Under the pieces are notes generated by a model. The model searched no databases. It saw nothing but the letters and a program-made list of their open reading frames with translations, and was not told the origin of the DNA. This document shows, in pieces, positions 7,587-16,920 of a stretch of 64,000 nucleotides of DNA. Source of the DNA: Sulfuricurvum sp. (GTDB taxonomy: Bacteria > Campylobacterota > Campylobacteria > Campylobacterales > Sulfurimonadaceae); the NCBI GenBank assembly GCA_041669045.1, contig JBAYBZ010000001.1, positions 68,082-132,081 of the forward strand, in the 5' to 3' direction. Positions within the stretch are counted from its first letter, which is position 1; each line of letters opens with the position of its first letter. The position numbers were made by a program, and so were the translations under genes.

Positions 7587-9611
7587 ATGCCATACTCGAA
7601 AATAATCTCATGCTATAAAGATCTGCTAGATGACATAAATGATATGCTTTTTATAGTTGATCGCACCAACAAACGCGTCGATTATGTGAACAAAAAAGTG
7701 CTCCAAACCCTAGGCTATACACTAAAAGAGATCAACTCTATTGGATTAGAGCATATCCGCCAAAGCCTAGAAGATGGGCTTAGTTTAGAGCAGATCAGAG
7801 AGTATCTACAAGATCATGAACGCTACATCGACTACGCAAAACTACTAACAAAAGATGGCAAAGAGATCTACATAGAAGCGAGCATTCGCTACCTCGCTAG
7901 AGAGGAGTATAACTTTAGCCTTGTCATCGCTCGTGACATCACACAAAGGCTTAGTGATGAAGAGAAGCTAAAAGATCTCAACAAAAACCTATACTCTCTT
8001 GTGGAGATCAAAACCACAGAGCTTATGAAATCTCTTGAGATGTTTAGAGGCTACAAAGAGGCTCTTGATGTAAACAACATAGTCTCAAAGTCCGATGCAA
8101 AGGGGATCATCACCTATGTAAATGATAACCTCTGCCACATCTCTGGATATAGTAGATCTGAACTACTTGGCAAGCCTCACAACATCTTGCGTCACCCCGA
8201 TATGCCACAGGAGTTTTTTAAGAGTATGTGGGAGAAATTGAGGGCGAAAAAAACTTGGAGCGGAACACTAAAAAACCGTAAAAAAGATGGATCCTCATAC
8301 TGGATCGACACAAGCATAACCCCCATACTAAACGAGCATGGCAAGACCGTAGAGCTTATAGCCATACGCCACGATGTAACAGCTAGAGTTGAACAGCAAC
8401 AGCAGTTAGAACGCGTCGCCATCACCGACACGCTCACAGGGCTTGGCAACCGCTACAAGCTCTTTGATGATCTAACAAAAGAGTTCAAAACATTAGTACT
8501 CATCGACATAGACAACTTCTCATCTATAAATGATTTTTATGGTTATGAGTTTGGTGATGAGATCATAAAGGCCTTTAGCGAAGTGCTCAAAGGCGAGTTT
8601 AGCGGCATAGATGTGAACCTATATAGACTCTATGCAGATGAGTTTGCCATACTAAATGTGGACTTTGAAGAGGTAAACTGTCAAGCAGCGATGATGCACT
8701 TTTTGCAGGGCATAACGCAAAAAGCGATCGTAGTGGGTGGAGAGGAGATCTATGTGGAGGTGAGTGGTGCTATCTCCAAAGATAGAGCTTCACCCTATGT
8801 TACCGCAGTGATGGCACTCAAGCATGGCAAGAGTAAAAAGGAGCATCTAGTCGCTTACGATGAGTCTCTTTCGCTTGAAAAAGAGTACCAAAACAACATC
8901 TTTTGGCACAAAAAAGTACAAGAAGCGATCAAAGATAATCGCATAGTCGCCTACTATCAAGGGATTGCTAACAACATCACAGGCGAGCTTGAGAGGTATG
9001 AGACACTAATGAGGCTCATCGATGAAGATGGCAAAGTGGTCTCACCGTTTTTCTTTTTAGATATCGCAAAAAAGACTAAAAGCTACAAAATACTAACCAA
9101 AACTATGATCAAGCAGAGTTTTTTGATGTTTAAAGATAGAGACGAGAGCTTCTCTATAAACCTAGATATTGCCGACATACTAGATGCTTCAACGGTTGAG
9201 TTTATCATCTCGCAACTAAGTAGCTCCGACATAGGCAAACGAGTCATCTTTGAGATAGTTGAGAGCGAAGAGATCAAGGATTATGGAGTGATCTTGGAGT
9301 TTATCAAAAGTGTCAAAAAGTTTGGTTGCAAGATCGCCATCGATGACTTTGGGAGTGGCTACTCCAACTTTGGCTACATCACAAAACTAGATGCGGACTA
9401 CCTAAAGATCGATGGCTCACTTATCCAAAGCCTAGATAGCGACAGCTCTACGCTACCACTTGTAAAGGCGATAGTAAGCTTTGCAAAAGATCTAGGTATT
9501 GAGGTGATCGCGGAGTTTGTAAAAAATGAGCAGATCTACCAAATCATCAAAGGTCTTGGTATCTGCTACTCACAAGGCTACTACTTTAGCGAACCAAAGG
9601 ATCATATATAG
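7587..9611 (+). CDS. PAS - Aer-like PAS - degenerate GGDEF - EAL signalling protein (probable c-di-GMP phosphodiesterase)
   Basis: Second PAS has HNILRHPDMP (Aer-type FAD-PAS signature). The GGDEF site reads YADEF. EAL motifs are intact (YETLMRL, FSINLD, IAIDDFGSGYSN, YSQGYYF). Confidence 0.85.
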   Translation: MPYSKIISCYKDLLDDINDMLFIVDRTNKRVDYVNKKVLQTLGYTLKEINSIGLEHIRQSLEDGLSLEQIREYLQDHERYIDYAKLLTKDGKEIYIEASIRYLAREEYNFSLVIARDITQRLSDEEKLKDLNKNLYSLVEIKTTELMKSLEMFRGYKEALDVNNIVSKSDAKGIITYVNDNLCHISGYSRSELLGKPHNILRHPDMPQEFFKSMWEKLRAKKTWSGTLKNRKKDGSSYWIDTSITPILNEHGKTVELIAIRHDVTARVEQQQQLERVAITDTLTGLGNRYKLFDDLTKEFKTLVLIDIDNFSSINDFYGYEFGDEIIKAFSEVLKGEFSGIDVNLYRLYADEFAILNVDFEEVNCQAAMMHFLQGITQKAIVVGGEEIYVEVSGAISKDRASPYVTAVMALKHGKSKKEHLVAYDESLSLEKEYQNNIFWHKKVQEAIKDNRIVAYYQGIANNITGELERYETLMRLIDEDGKVVSPFFFLDIAKKTKSYKILTKTMIKQSFLMFKDRDESFSINLDIADILDASTVEFIISQLSSSDIGKRVIFEIVESEEIKDYGVILEFIKSVKKFGCKIAIDDFGSGYSNFGYITKLDADYLKIDGSLIQSLDSDSSTLPLVKAIVSFAKDLGIEVIAEFVKNEQIYQIIKGLGICYSQGYYFSEPKDHI

Positions 9612-9659
9612 AGTGGAACTCTTTTTGCTTACTAAGCTAAAAAGCGATCGAGGTTTGCG

Positions 9660-10460
9660 ATGGATATAGTGCTCAAAAATAGCCTTATCAATGTAAAGAC
9701 CAACTTCTCCACACTAAACAGCTCGTGGATGAGAGAGTTTCTAAACCGCCACGCACGCGGTATGCTATTTTTACAAAAAGCCGTACTTATCTTTAGAAAC
9801 GACATTTTGCTTGAGGCTAGAGAGGAGTTTATAAAAGAGCTTAGTCGCCACCACGCCACTACACACGACTTTGACCATGACTTTTTTCTGCGATCGATGC
9901 TTCGCTACAACAACCAACCTATCCGCATAGAACTAAACGAAGATGAAGATGTAGAGCGAGTTGATGTGCATCTCTACGCTTATGATGATAGCACGGTGCT
10001 CATAAGCCTAGATGAGCCAAACTCGTGGGTGATGAGCTACTTACGAGGGCAACTTGAGATCTACTTAGAAAAGGGGAGTGAGTGCAGTATGGTTCTTCAC
10101 CTAGATAGCGAGGAGTCGCGTGCACGACTAGATAGAACGCTAAATAAGAAAAATGTACTCCACTATGAGGTGCACTACACTTTCAATGAGCGGTTTTTGA
10201 CAAAGCTTTATAACAAGTACGCAAAGTATAGTTTTGGGACTATCTACGAATCGCTTGAAGATGATCTAGCACCATTTTATGCCACACTAGAGTGTCCTAT
10301 CGGAGCGAGTAGAGACCAGATCCGCCAAAACTATCGCCGACTAGCTAGAGCCTACCACCCAGATACCGCAACAGGTGAAAAACCCTATATGATCACTCAC
10401 TATACGCAGAAGTTTCAACAACTTCAAGAGGCGTATAGCATACTAAAAGAGGTGAGTTAA
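9660..10460 (+). CDS. Protein with C-terminal J domain and unassigned N-terminal region
   Basis: C-terminal RQNYRRLARAYHPD...FQQLQEAYSILK matches the DnaJ J-domain with its HPD motif. Confidence 0.65.
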   Translation: MDIVLKNSLINVKTNFSTLNSSWMREFLNRHARGMLFLQKAVLIFRNDILLEAREEFIKELSRHHATTHDFDHDFFLRSMLRYNNQPIRIELNEDEDVERVDVHLYAYDDSTVLISLDEPNSWVMSYLRGQLEIYLEKGSECSMVLHLDSEESRARLDRTLNKKNVLHYEVHYTFNERFLTKLYNKYAKYSFGTIYESLEDDLAPFYATLECPIGASRDQIRQNYRRLARAYHPDTATGEKPYMITHYTQKFQQLQEAYSILKEVS

Positions 10461-10560
10461 AAATTCATGCTTAAGCTCTTGAAACGAAGGGTAGTCATTG
10501 CGAGAGGCGGTCATTACGAGGAGCAAAGCGACGAAGTAATCTAAGTTGTTTGGCGGTTTA

Positions 10561-10595
10561 TATGCGTTCCCACGCAGAGCGTGGGAACGAGAAGA
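10561..10595. repeat. 35-nt palindromic repeat, copy 1 (TATGCGTTCCCACGCAGAGCGTGGGAACGAGAAGA)
   Basis: Matches 10884-10918 at 34/35 positions. Internal hairpin TTCCCACGC-AGA-GCGTGGGAA (9-11 bp stem). Confidence 0.85.
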
Positions 10596-10620
10596 GTTTT
10601 CAGTTATCAGTCTTCTGAGT

Positions 10621-10762
10621 GTGAGCGTATCGATTTTGACTCTCCTGAGACTTTTGAGCTATGAGCGTATAAAAAACCAAACTGTTTGAGCCATCTTTAG
10701 ATGGTGAGTTTTTGGTTTTTAGCGAAGAGCAAGAAGGTCTCCTCAAAATCGTTCAAGCTCAC
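10621..10762. repeat. Long imperfect inverted repeat enclosing a central hairpin (10672-10720)
   Basis: Left arm GTGAGC..CGATTTTGA..GAGAC pairs with the reverse complement of 10736-10762. Central arms AAAAACCAAA/TTTGGTTTTT and CCATC/GATGG. Confidence 0.5.
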
Positions 10763-10776
10763 GAGCTTTTTTGGTT

Positions 10777-10800
10777 ACTTTTTTGTCGATACAAAAAAGT
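10777..10800. repeat. Perfect 10-bp inverted repeat ACTTTTTTGT-CGAT-ACAAAAAAGT
   Basis: Read directly from the sequence. Confidence 0.8.
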
Positions 10801-10883
10801 GACAAGAGGTTGATTTATATTATAGAGATTGCTTCGCTATGCTCGCAATGACTGACGCTCAAGTTGCCTCGCAGTGACGGGTG

Positions 10884-10918
10884 TATGCATTCCCACGCAG
10901 AGCGTGGGAACGAGAAGA
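10884..10918. repeat. 35-nt palindromic repeat, copy 2
   Basis: Same orientation as copy 1, one mismatch (A for G at position 6), 323 bp start-to-start spacing. Confidence 0.85.
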
Positions 10919-11036
10919 AACAACTGTTTAACAAAAACCGACGCTTTAGCGTCAGAGCGACAGGGTCGCGGGGGCACCACGCCGAGTGGAACTCAGCGTT
11001 AGCGTAGCCAAGCGGAGCTTTGCTCTGGTGGCGTAT

Positions 11037-12767
11037 TTATATTAAAAACCCCATCGCCTTTTGGTTATCAAAAGAGCTTAGCCTCTCACGCTCTATCTCC
11101 TCTAAAAAGTCCTCTTCACTAAAGATGCTATCCTCTCTTATGGCGACCTTGTAGGCACTATTTTTCACCACAAGCTGGATCTGAGCACCACTTAGATCAA
11201 ACTCTGCAAGCCTATCCACCTTGAAGCCTCGTTTAAACTTTGCATTTTTAGGAAGCATCTTTTTCCACAGTTTTAGCCTCTGATCCCTGCTTGGTCTTTT
11301 AAACTCAATCTTGTAGTTAAAACGACGCGAAAACGCCTTGTCGATGTTCTCTAGCAGGTTAGTTGTAGCTATCAAGATACCATCAAACTTCTCGATCTGC
11401 TCCAAAAAGATGTTTTGCATCTGGTTATACATCTGCTCGCTTCCGCTCATTGCACCGACACTTCTAGTGCTTAGAAACTGATCGGCTTCATTTAGCAGTA
11501 GCACAGGTTCGCTCTTGGTTTTGTGTGCAAGGTCATAATAGGTGTCAAAGATCTTTCGCACATTTTTCTCACTCTCGCCCACATACATAGAGAGGATCTT
11601 AGAGCAGTCAAACGCCAAAACCTCCTTTTTTAGCGACTTTGCAAGCGAATAGGCGGTGATGGTTTTGCCTGTTCCTGCTGAGCCATAAAATATAATCCTA
11701 GCATCGATCCCACTCTTTTTATCCTTGATCCCCCACTCCACAAGGCGGTTTATCACATCTTTATCTAGCTGTCTTAGAAGCGAGCGTAGCATCTCCTCTG
11801 TACGCGACTCTAGCACCACATCTTCTAGTGAAGTGGTAGGCTCAACTAGCTCAAATATATCTTGCTCATCTATAACAGAGTCTAGCTTTATGCGTTTTGT
11901 TTTTTTGGTTTTTTGTGGGTGTATGAGGCTTTGGAGCAGATCATCTACTATATAAAACGACCTGCTAATCCCGCCAAATGGGTTTAGCACCTCCTCATAG
12001 TCGATGATGCCCTCTTTTATGAGATGTGATCCCTCCTCCAAAAGAGAGCGGTTTTTGATGCGATCATACTCATCGCTTGAGACTAGATCTATAAGTGTGT
12101 TCATCTCTCTTAGCATCGCATCTGTGGAGCTATACTCCTCACGCAGAAGTGCCAAAAAGATCACTTGTTCTTTTGCAGAGAGCTTTTTTTGTTTCAAAAA
12201 CCGCTCAAGCTCAAACTTCGCACTAGTCTGTTTTACCCTCTGTTCTATCCTCTTTTCTAGTGTGCTAAGACGCTTCATCGCCCGATCGATACCAAGGGAG
12301 TGCTCATGCACATTTTGGCGGATCGAGCTCATCTTTTGGTAAAGCTCTACTCGCATAAACTGATCTTGCAGATACTCCAGATGATCTCTGTACGGCTTGA
12401 TATCTGCTAGCTCACTCTCAACCTCGCCACCTTGAAGTAACCTCAAAAACCCACTAGATGGGGCTATGGTACTATTTAGTAGCTCTAGTGGCGTTGCTTC
12501 GGAGACTTTTATGGGGTTGAAACTCTGCTGATGGATCCACCCAAGCTCAAGCAGTCGTTTGATGTCTACTATGTGCTCTAAGTAGGCGTAGCGAGGTTTG
12601 TGGATACTGCGAAGCAGATCTAAAACCACTAGCTCATCTTCACCCTCTATGTAGCTAGATGCTACTTTTTGTAGCACCAAAGCCTCATCTAGCGAGCACT
12701 TTAGCGATGCAAAAAGATCGTTTTTGCTTAGATCTTTGCACTCTATAAACTCCAAAAGTATCTTCAT
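11037..12767 (-). CDS. AAA+ ATPase (classic AAA clade) with about 340-aa unassigned N-terminal region
   Basis: Walker A GSAGTGKT, Walker B region VLLLNEAD, second region of homology ATTNLLENIDKAFSRRF. The start overlaps the nfo stop (TAATG). Confidence 0.8.
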   Translation of the reverse strand: MKILLEFIECKDLSKNDLFASLKCSLDEALVLQKVASSYIEGEDELVVLDLLRSIHKPRYAYLEHIVDIKRLLELGWIHQQSFNPIKVSEATPLELLNSTIAPSSGFLRLLQGGEVESELADIKPYRDHLEYLQDQFMRVELYQKMSSIRQNVHEHSLGIDRAMKRLSTLEKRIEQRVKQTSAKFELERFLKQKKLSAKEQVIFLALLREEYSSTDAMLREMNTLIDLVSSDEYDRIKNRSLLEEGSHLIKEGIIDYEEVLNPFGGISRSFYIVDDLLQSLIHPQKTKKTKRIKLDSVIDEQDIFELVEPTTSLEDVVLESRTEEMLRSLLRQLDKDVINRLVEWGIKDKKSGIDARIIFYGSAGTGKTITAYSLAKSLKKEVLAFDCSKILSMYVGESEKNVRKIFDTYYDLAHKTKSEPVLLLNEADQFLSTRSVGAMSGSEQMYNQMQNIFLEQIEKFDGILIATTNLLENIDKAFSRRFNYKIEFKRPSRDQRLKLWKKMLPKNAKFKRGFKVDRLAEFDLSGAQIQLVVKNSAYKVAIREDSIFSEEDFLEEIERERLSSFDNQKAMGFLI

Positions 12768-13618
12768 TACTCCTCCATAAACGAGTACAAAAGCTCTATC
12801 TCTTCTGCCCAGATGCTCTCATCTATGGTCTCAAGTATGAGCGGTATATCATTCATTCTATCATCACGCATGATGAACTTAAACGCATCGATGCCAATCT
12901 CCCCTTTGCCAAGTGAGTGGTGGCGATCCACTCTTGAGCCAAACTTCGCCTTAGAGTCATTTATGTGCATACCACTAAGATACTCAAAGCCCACTATGCG
13001 ATCAAACTCCGCCCACGACGCGTCGTAAGCCTCGCGAGTTCTTATGTCATAGCCGCTACTAAACATATGACAAGTATCGATGCAGACACCTACGCGACTT
13101 TTATCCTCTATGCGATCTATAAGATGTGCTAGATGCTCAAACTTGTAGCCGAGGTTACTCCCCTGCCCTGCGGTGTTCTCGATCACAAGTTTCACCCCTT
13201 CGCTTCGCCTCAAAGTCTCATTCATCGCATCAGCTATTAGATCCAAACACTCCTCTTCGCTTATCTTTTTTAGATGACTCCCAGGGTGAAAGTTGAGCCG
13301 ATCAAGCCCCAAAAGCTCACAGCGATGCACCTCATCTAAAAACGCCTCAAGCGACTTAGCTCTAGCTTCAGCTTCAGGGTGACCAAGGTTTATGAGGTAG
13401 GAGTTATGTGGAAGTATATGCTTTGGAAGGATTCCACTCTTGGCAAGCTTTGCCTTAAACTCCTCTATGGTCGCCTCATCTAGTGGCTTTGCACTCCACT
13501 GTCTTTGGTTTTTGGTAAAGAGTGCAAACGCTTTTGCATTGATCGCCATCGCGTTGGCAACTGCATTTTGCACCCCTCCGCTCGCACTCACATGTGCCCC
13601 TACAAACTTACTCATCAA
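12767..13618 (-). CDS. nfo: Endonuclease IV (deoxyribonuclease IV)
   Basis: Full-length match to the Nfo pattern ([36 protein letters not shown]). Confidence 0.9.
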   Translation of the reverse strand: MMSKFVGAHVSASGGVQNAVANAMAINAKAFALFTKNQRQWSAKPLDEATIEEFKAKLAKSGILPKHILPHNSYLINLGHPEAEARAKSLEAFLDEVHRCELLGLDRLNFHPGSHLKKISEEECLDLIADAMNETLRRSEGVKLVIENTAGQGSNLGYKFEHLAHLIDRIEDKSRVGVCIDTCHMFSSGYDIRTREAYDASWAEFDRIVGFEYLSGMHINDSKAKFGSRVDRHHSLGKGEIGIDAFKFIMRDDRMNDIPLILETIDESIWAEEIELLYSFMEE

Positions 13619-14081
13619 GATCCTTTATCTTTATCATTATGCCATTTTTAGGGTCGCGAAAACTCATAGATCTGCTACTTACTTCATAGTAGATCTCAAC
13701 GCTTTCATCGCTGATGCGTTGCACAAAACCTGCACCATTTTTGATCAGATTTGCACCACCATATATGGGCTTATGAAGCAGTAGATCGCTAAGCAGATCA
13801 TCATAATATGCTCCATTTAGGTACTTCGCGTTAAATACTCCCTTTGGCATACAACCATCTTTTGTGGTGCAGATGAGGCGGTTTATACTTATGCGATCCA
13901 GACTCACTCCAGCAGAGAAGATCTCAAGCTCCACGCCACTTTTGCCACTTCGCACAAATCCCACATCGCTATATGCAAAGTTTGCGGTTTTGATCGTTAC
14001 TAGCTTGCTTGAGTGAGTATCGTATGACCTTGTAGCACACCCGCTAAAGAGTAAAAGTAACACCAAAAACGCATATTTCAT
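13608..14081 (-). CDS. Lipoprotein, function unknown
   Basis: [15 protein letters not shown] lipobox when started at ATG 14081. Overlaps the nfo start. Confidence 0.55.
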   Translation of the reverse strand: MKYAFLVLLLLFSGCATRSYDTHSSKLVTIKTANFAYSDVGFVRSGKSGVELEIFSAGVSLDRISINRLICTTKDGCMPKGVFNAKYLNGAYYDDLLSDLLLHKPIYGGANLIKNGAGFVQRISDESVEIYYEVSSRSMSFRDPKNGIMIKIKDLDE

Positions 14082-14135
14082 AGTCGCAATTATAGCCACA
14101 ATACTATTTACAACTATCTATGCTAAAATAGCTAG

Positions 14136-15080
14136 ATGTACAACCAAAGGCTACTTAAACTTTTTAGATCATTTTACAAAAGCAACTACCCAGATGATAT
14201 GGAGTCGCTCATTGAGCTTTTTAGTATATTTGGTGGACTTGATGTGACGCTTGATGTGCACGAGAGCCTGAGAGAGCTTATACAAAAGCATATAGTTGAT
14301 GAGATCTACCGCCTAGAGCGGATAGTAAACTCTCTACTTGACTATAACGACCATGCCAAACGCCTGCTAAAAGCCCTCGCATCAAGCAACCGCAAGATCT
14401 TCTCTACATTTAACAAAGCGGGGCTAAATAACCAAAACGGCGGGATCGCCCTTGATGATCTAGTTAAGAAGGATCTTGTTTGGATCGAGTACTCAAGGGA
14501 AGTGCCACCCAGTGTGCAAAACCCAAACGAGAAGCTTCCACGCGACCTTGCGAGGTATCGCATCTCGCACAAACTCCTCTTTAGCTACCCATTTTTACGC
14601 TTCTGGTTCTACTTTGTAGAGCCAAATATCAGATCACTCAAAAATGGTGAAAGCGAGCGGTTTTTTGCTCTTATAGAGGAGAGATTTTTTAGCTATACAA
14701 GCTTGGTTTTTGAAGAGCTTTCATCGCTACTGCTAAACTACCATCTGCGAGACTCACTCATCATAAGCACGGGAAGCTACTGGGATAAAAACATCGAGAT
14801 CGACATACTCACACTCACCGAAGATGGCAAGGTTTTTGTCGCTGAGTGCAAGTGGAGCAACCACCCAGTTAGCAAGTCGATCCTAACCAAACTAGAGCAG
14901 AAGTGCGTCCAAGCCGAAATAGAGCCAGATCTATATGTGCTCTTCTCTAAGCGGGGATTTTCCAATGAGCTAAAAAAGGAGTCTGGCAAAGGACTACTTC
15001 TCTTTAGCTCGGGTGATTTTGAGCTACTGCTTAAAAACATCACAGATGATGAGTTTGATGATCAATGCTTTTTGGACTAA
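14136..15080 (+). CDS. DUF234-type protein (PD-(D/E)xK-like C-terminal domain) lacking the usual N-terminal P-loop ATPase
   Basis: C-terminal IEIDILTL...[13 protein letters not shown] resembles the DUF234 nuclease-like fold. No Walker A motif anywhere in the protein. Confidence 0.5.
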   Translation: MYNQRLLKLFRSFYKSNYPDDMESLIELFSIFGGLDVTLDVHESLRELIQKHIVDEIYRLERIVNSLLDYNDHAKRLLKALASSNRKIFSTFNKAGLNNQNGGIALDDLVKKDLVWIEYSREVPPSVQNPNEKLPRDLARYRISHKLLFSYPFLRFWFYFVEPNIRSLKNGESERFFALIEERFFSYTSLVFEELSSLLLNYHLRDSLIISTGSYWDKNIEIDILTLTEDGKVFVAECKWSNHPVSKSILTKLEQKCVQAEIEPDLYVLFSKRGFSNELKKESGKGLLLFSSGDFELLLKNITDDEFDDQCFLD

Positions 15081-16177
15081 GCCTTTTTGCTCTGCTCTAT
15101 AAGCACGCTCTCGATCATCTCATCTAGCTCACCATCAAGTATGGCAGAGACATTTGAGTACGCCTCACCGCTCCTACTATCTTTGATCTGCTGATATGGT
15201 TGCATAACATAGCTTCTGATCTGATGCCCCCACCCGATCTCGCTCTTTGGCGTGTTTGCAGACTCTGCTCGTTTGGCGTCCATCTCTAGCTCATAGAGGC
15301 GAGACTTTAGCATCTTCATCGCGGTGGCTCTGTTTTTGTGCTGACTACGATCATTTTGGCACTGCACCACAAGCCCTGTTGGTATATGTGTGATGCGTAT
15401 GGCGGACTCAGTTTTGTTTACATGCTGACCACCCGCCCCGCTCGCCCTGTAAGTATCGACTCTGATGTCGCGATCTTCTATGGTGATGTTGATATTATCA
15501 TCGATCTCTGGCGAGACGATCACTGAAGTAAAAGAGGTGTGTCTCTTGGCGTTTGAGTCAAATGGTGAGATCCGCACAAGTCTATGCACGCCTGTTTCTA
15601 CCTTAAGGTAACCATAAGCGTTTTCGCCCTTTATAAGAAGCGATGCGTCCTTAATGCCTGCTTCTTCACCCTCTTGGTAGTCAAGCATCTCCACACTAAA
15701 GCCCCGTCTCTCGGCAAATCGCTTATACATTCTAAGCAGTATGCTAGCCCAATCCTGCGACTCCGTCCCACCAGCTCCAGGGTGGATTGAGAGTATGGCG
15801 TTGCTTGAGTCTAGCTCATCACTTAGAAGCACTTCGATCTCCATGCTTCGTATGAGGCTCTCTAGGCTTCCAGCTGTCTCAAAGCACTCTTGTACGCTCA
15901 CCTCGTCCGCCTCCTCTAACGCCATCTCATATAGCTCCTCGGCATCATCTAAACTGCCCTTAGCTCTGTTAAACTTAGCAAGCTTCCTCTCAAGCTGTGT
16001 TTTTTCCTTGGAGGTGTTTGCAGCAAGCGTGGCATCACTCCAAAACGCCTCGCTATTTTCAAGCTCAGCTATCTCATCAAGTCTTGTTTGAAGCTTCTGT
16101 GGCTCTACTACGCCCGCGATATTTTGCAACTTGATCTTTAGCTCTTTTAGTAGTGTCGTGTATTCGTAATTATCCAT
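15077..16177 (-). CDS. prfB: Peptide chain release factor 2
   Basis: SPF tripeptide (ISPFDS) and GGQ ([10 protein letters not shown]). One uninterrupted frame from ATG 16177 (MDNYEY...). Confidence 0.9.
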   Translation of the reverse strand: MDNYEYTTLLKELKIKLQNIAGVVEPQKLQTRLDEIAELENSEAFWSDATLAANTSKEKTQLERKLAKFNRAKGSLDDAEELYEMALEEADEVSVQECFETAGSLESLIRSMEIEVLLSDELDSSNAILSIHPGAGGTESQDWASILLRMYKRFAERRGFSVEMLDYQEGEEAGIKDASLLIKGENAYGYLKVETGVHRLVRISPFDSNAKRHTSFTSVIVSPEIDDNINITIEDRDIRVDTYRASGAGGQHVNKTESAIRITHIPTGLVVQCQNDRSQHKNRATAMKMLKSRLYELEMDAKRAESANTPKSEIGWGHQIRSYVMQPYQQIKDSRSGEAYSNVSAILDGELDEMIESVLIEQSKKA

Positions 16178-16215
16178 CGTATCCTCTATTTGTGCAATTA
16201 TAGCAAAATAGAAGT

Positions 16216-16252
16216 TTGACATTTTAATATTTTATGTATATACTTATACATA
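16216..16252 (+). promoter_or_regulatory. Sigma70-type promoter TTGACA-17 nt-TATACT overlapped by a perfect 8-bp inverted repeat TATGTATA-TACT-TATACATA (candidate VapB operator)
   Basis: Read directly; lies 18-54 nt upstream of the vapB ATG at 16270. Confidence 0.45.
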
Positions 16253-16269
16253 TATATAAAGGAGCTGTC

Positions 16270-16509
16270 ATGATCTCAGTAGCAAAGATCTTCACTAGTG
16301 GTAACAGTCAAGCTGTAAGACTCCCAAAAGAGTTTAGGTTTGAGAACCAAGAAGAGGTTTTTATAAAAAAGATAGAAAATGGTGTGATGCTTCTATCTAA
16401 AAGCGACAAGAGCGTATGGGACACCCTCTTTAGCAAGTTAGATGATTTTTCAGATGACTTTATGCAAAAAAGAGAGCAACCAAAGCAAAATAGAGAGGAT
16501 CTGTTTTGA
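16270..16509 (+). CDS. vapB: AbrB/SpoVT-fold antitoxin (VapB/VagC-like)
   Basis: MISVAKIFTSGNSQAVRLPKEF is the typical AbrB-type antitoxin N-terminus. AAAGGAG Shine-Dalgarno upstream. The stop overlaps the vapC start. Confidence 0.75.
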   Translation: MISVAKIFTSGNSQAVRLPKEFRFENQEEVFIKKIENGVMLLSKSDKSVWDTLFSKLDDFSDDFMQKREQPKQNREDLF

Positions 16510-16907
16510 AGCGAATTATGCTAGATACAAACATATGTATATATATCATCAAAAACAGACCGCTTCATGTCAAAAAGAGACTTAGTGATTATAGTGTTGG
16601 CGATGTTACTCTCTCGTCCGTAGTTGTTTCAGAGCTATACTTTGGGGCTTATAAAAGTGAAAAAGTGGAGCAAAACCTTATGGCGTTAGAGGAGTTTTTA
16701 AAGCCATTTGACATACTAGAGTACGGCACTAGTGCATCTAAAGAGTATGGCAAACTAAGAGCCACGCTAGAGAGATCTGGCACTATCATAGGTGGAATGG
16801 ATATGCTCATAGCAGCTCACGCACTAGCAAGCGATATGACACTAGTTACTAACAACACCAAAGAGTTTAAAAGAGTAGAGAGGCTTAGAGTAGAAAACTG
16901 GGTGTAA
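16506..16907 (+). CDS. vapC: PIN-domain toxin VapC
   Basis: MLDTNICIY N-terminus and conserved acidic residues (SVVVSEL, LVTNNTKEF). TTG start at 16506, or alternatively ATG 16518. Confidence 0.85.
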   Translation: MKRIMLDTNICIYIIKNRPLHVKKRLSDYSVGDVTLSSVVVSELYFGAYKSEKVEQNLMALEEFLKPFDILEYGTSASKEYGKLRATLERSGTIIGGMDMLIAAHALASDMTLVTNNTKEFKRVERLRVENWV

Positions 16908-16920
16908 GCAGATAGGCACA

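Noticed and set aside
10561-10918. The two 35-nt partially palindromic direct repeats considered as a mini CRISPR array
   Set aside because: There are only two copies. The intervening 288 bp is far longer than any spacer and is itself full of inverted repeats. No cas genes are in the window.
15077-16222. Programmed +1 frameshift in prfB
   Set aside because: The whole RF2 protein (MDNYEY... through SPF and GGQ to the C-terminus) reads in one frame, with no CUU-UGA-type shift site.
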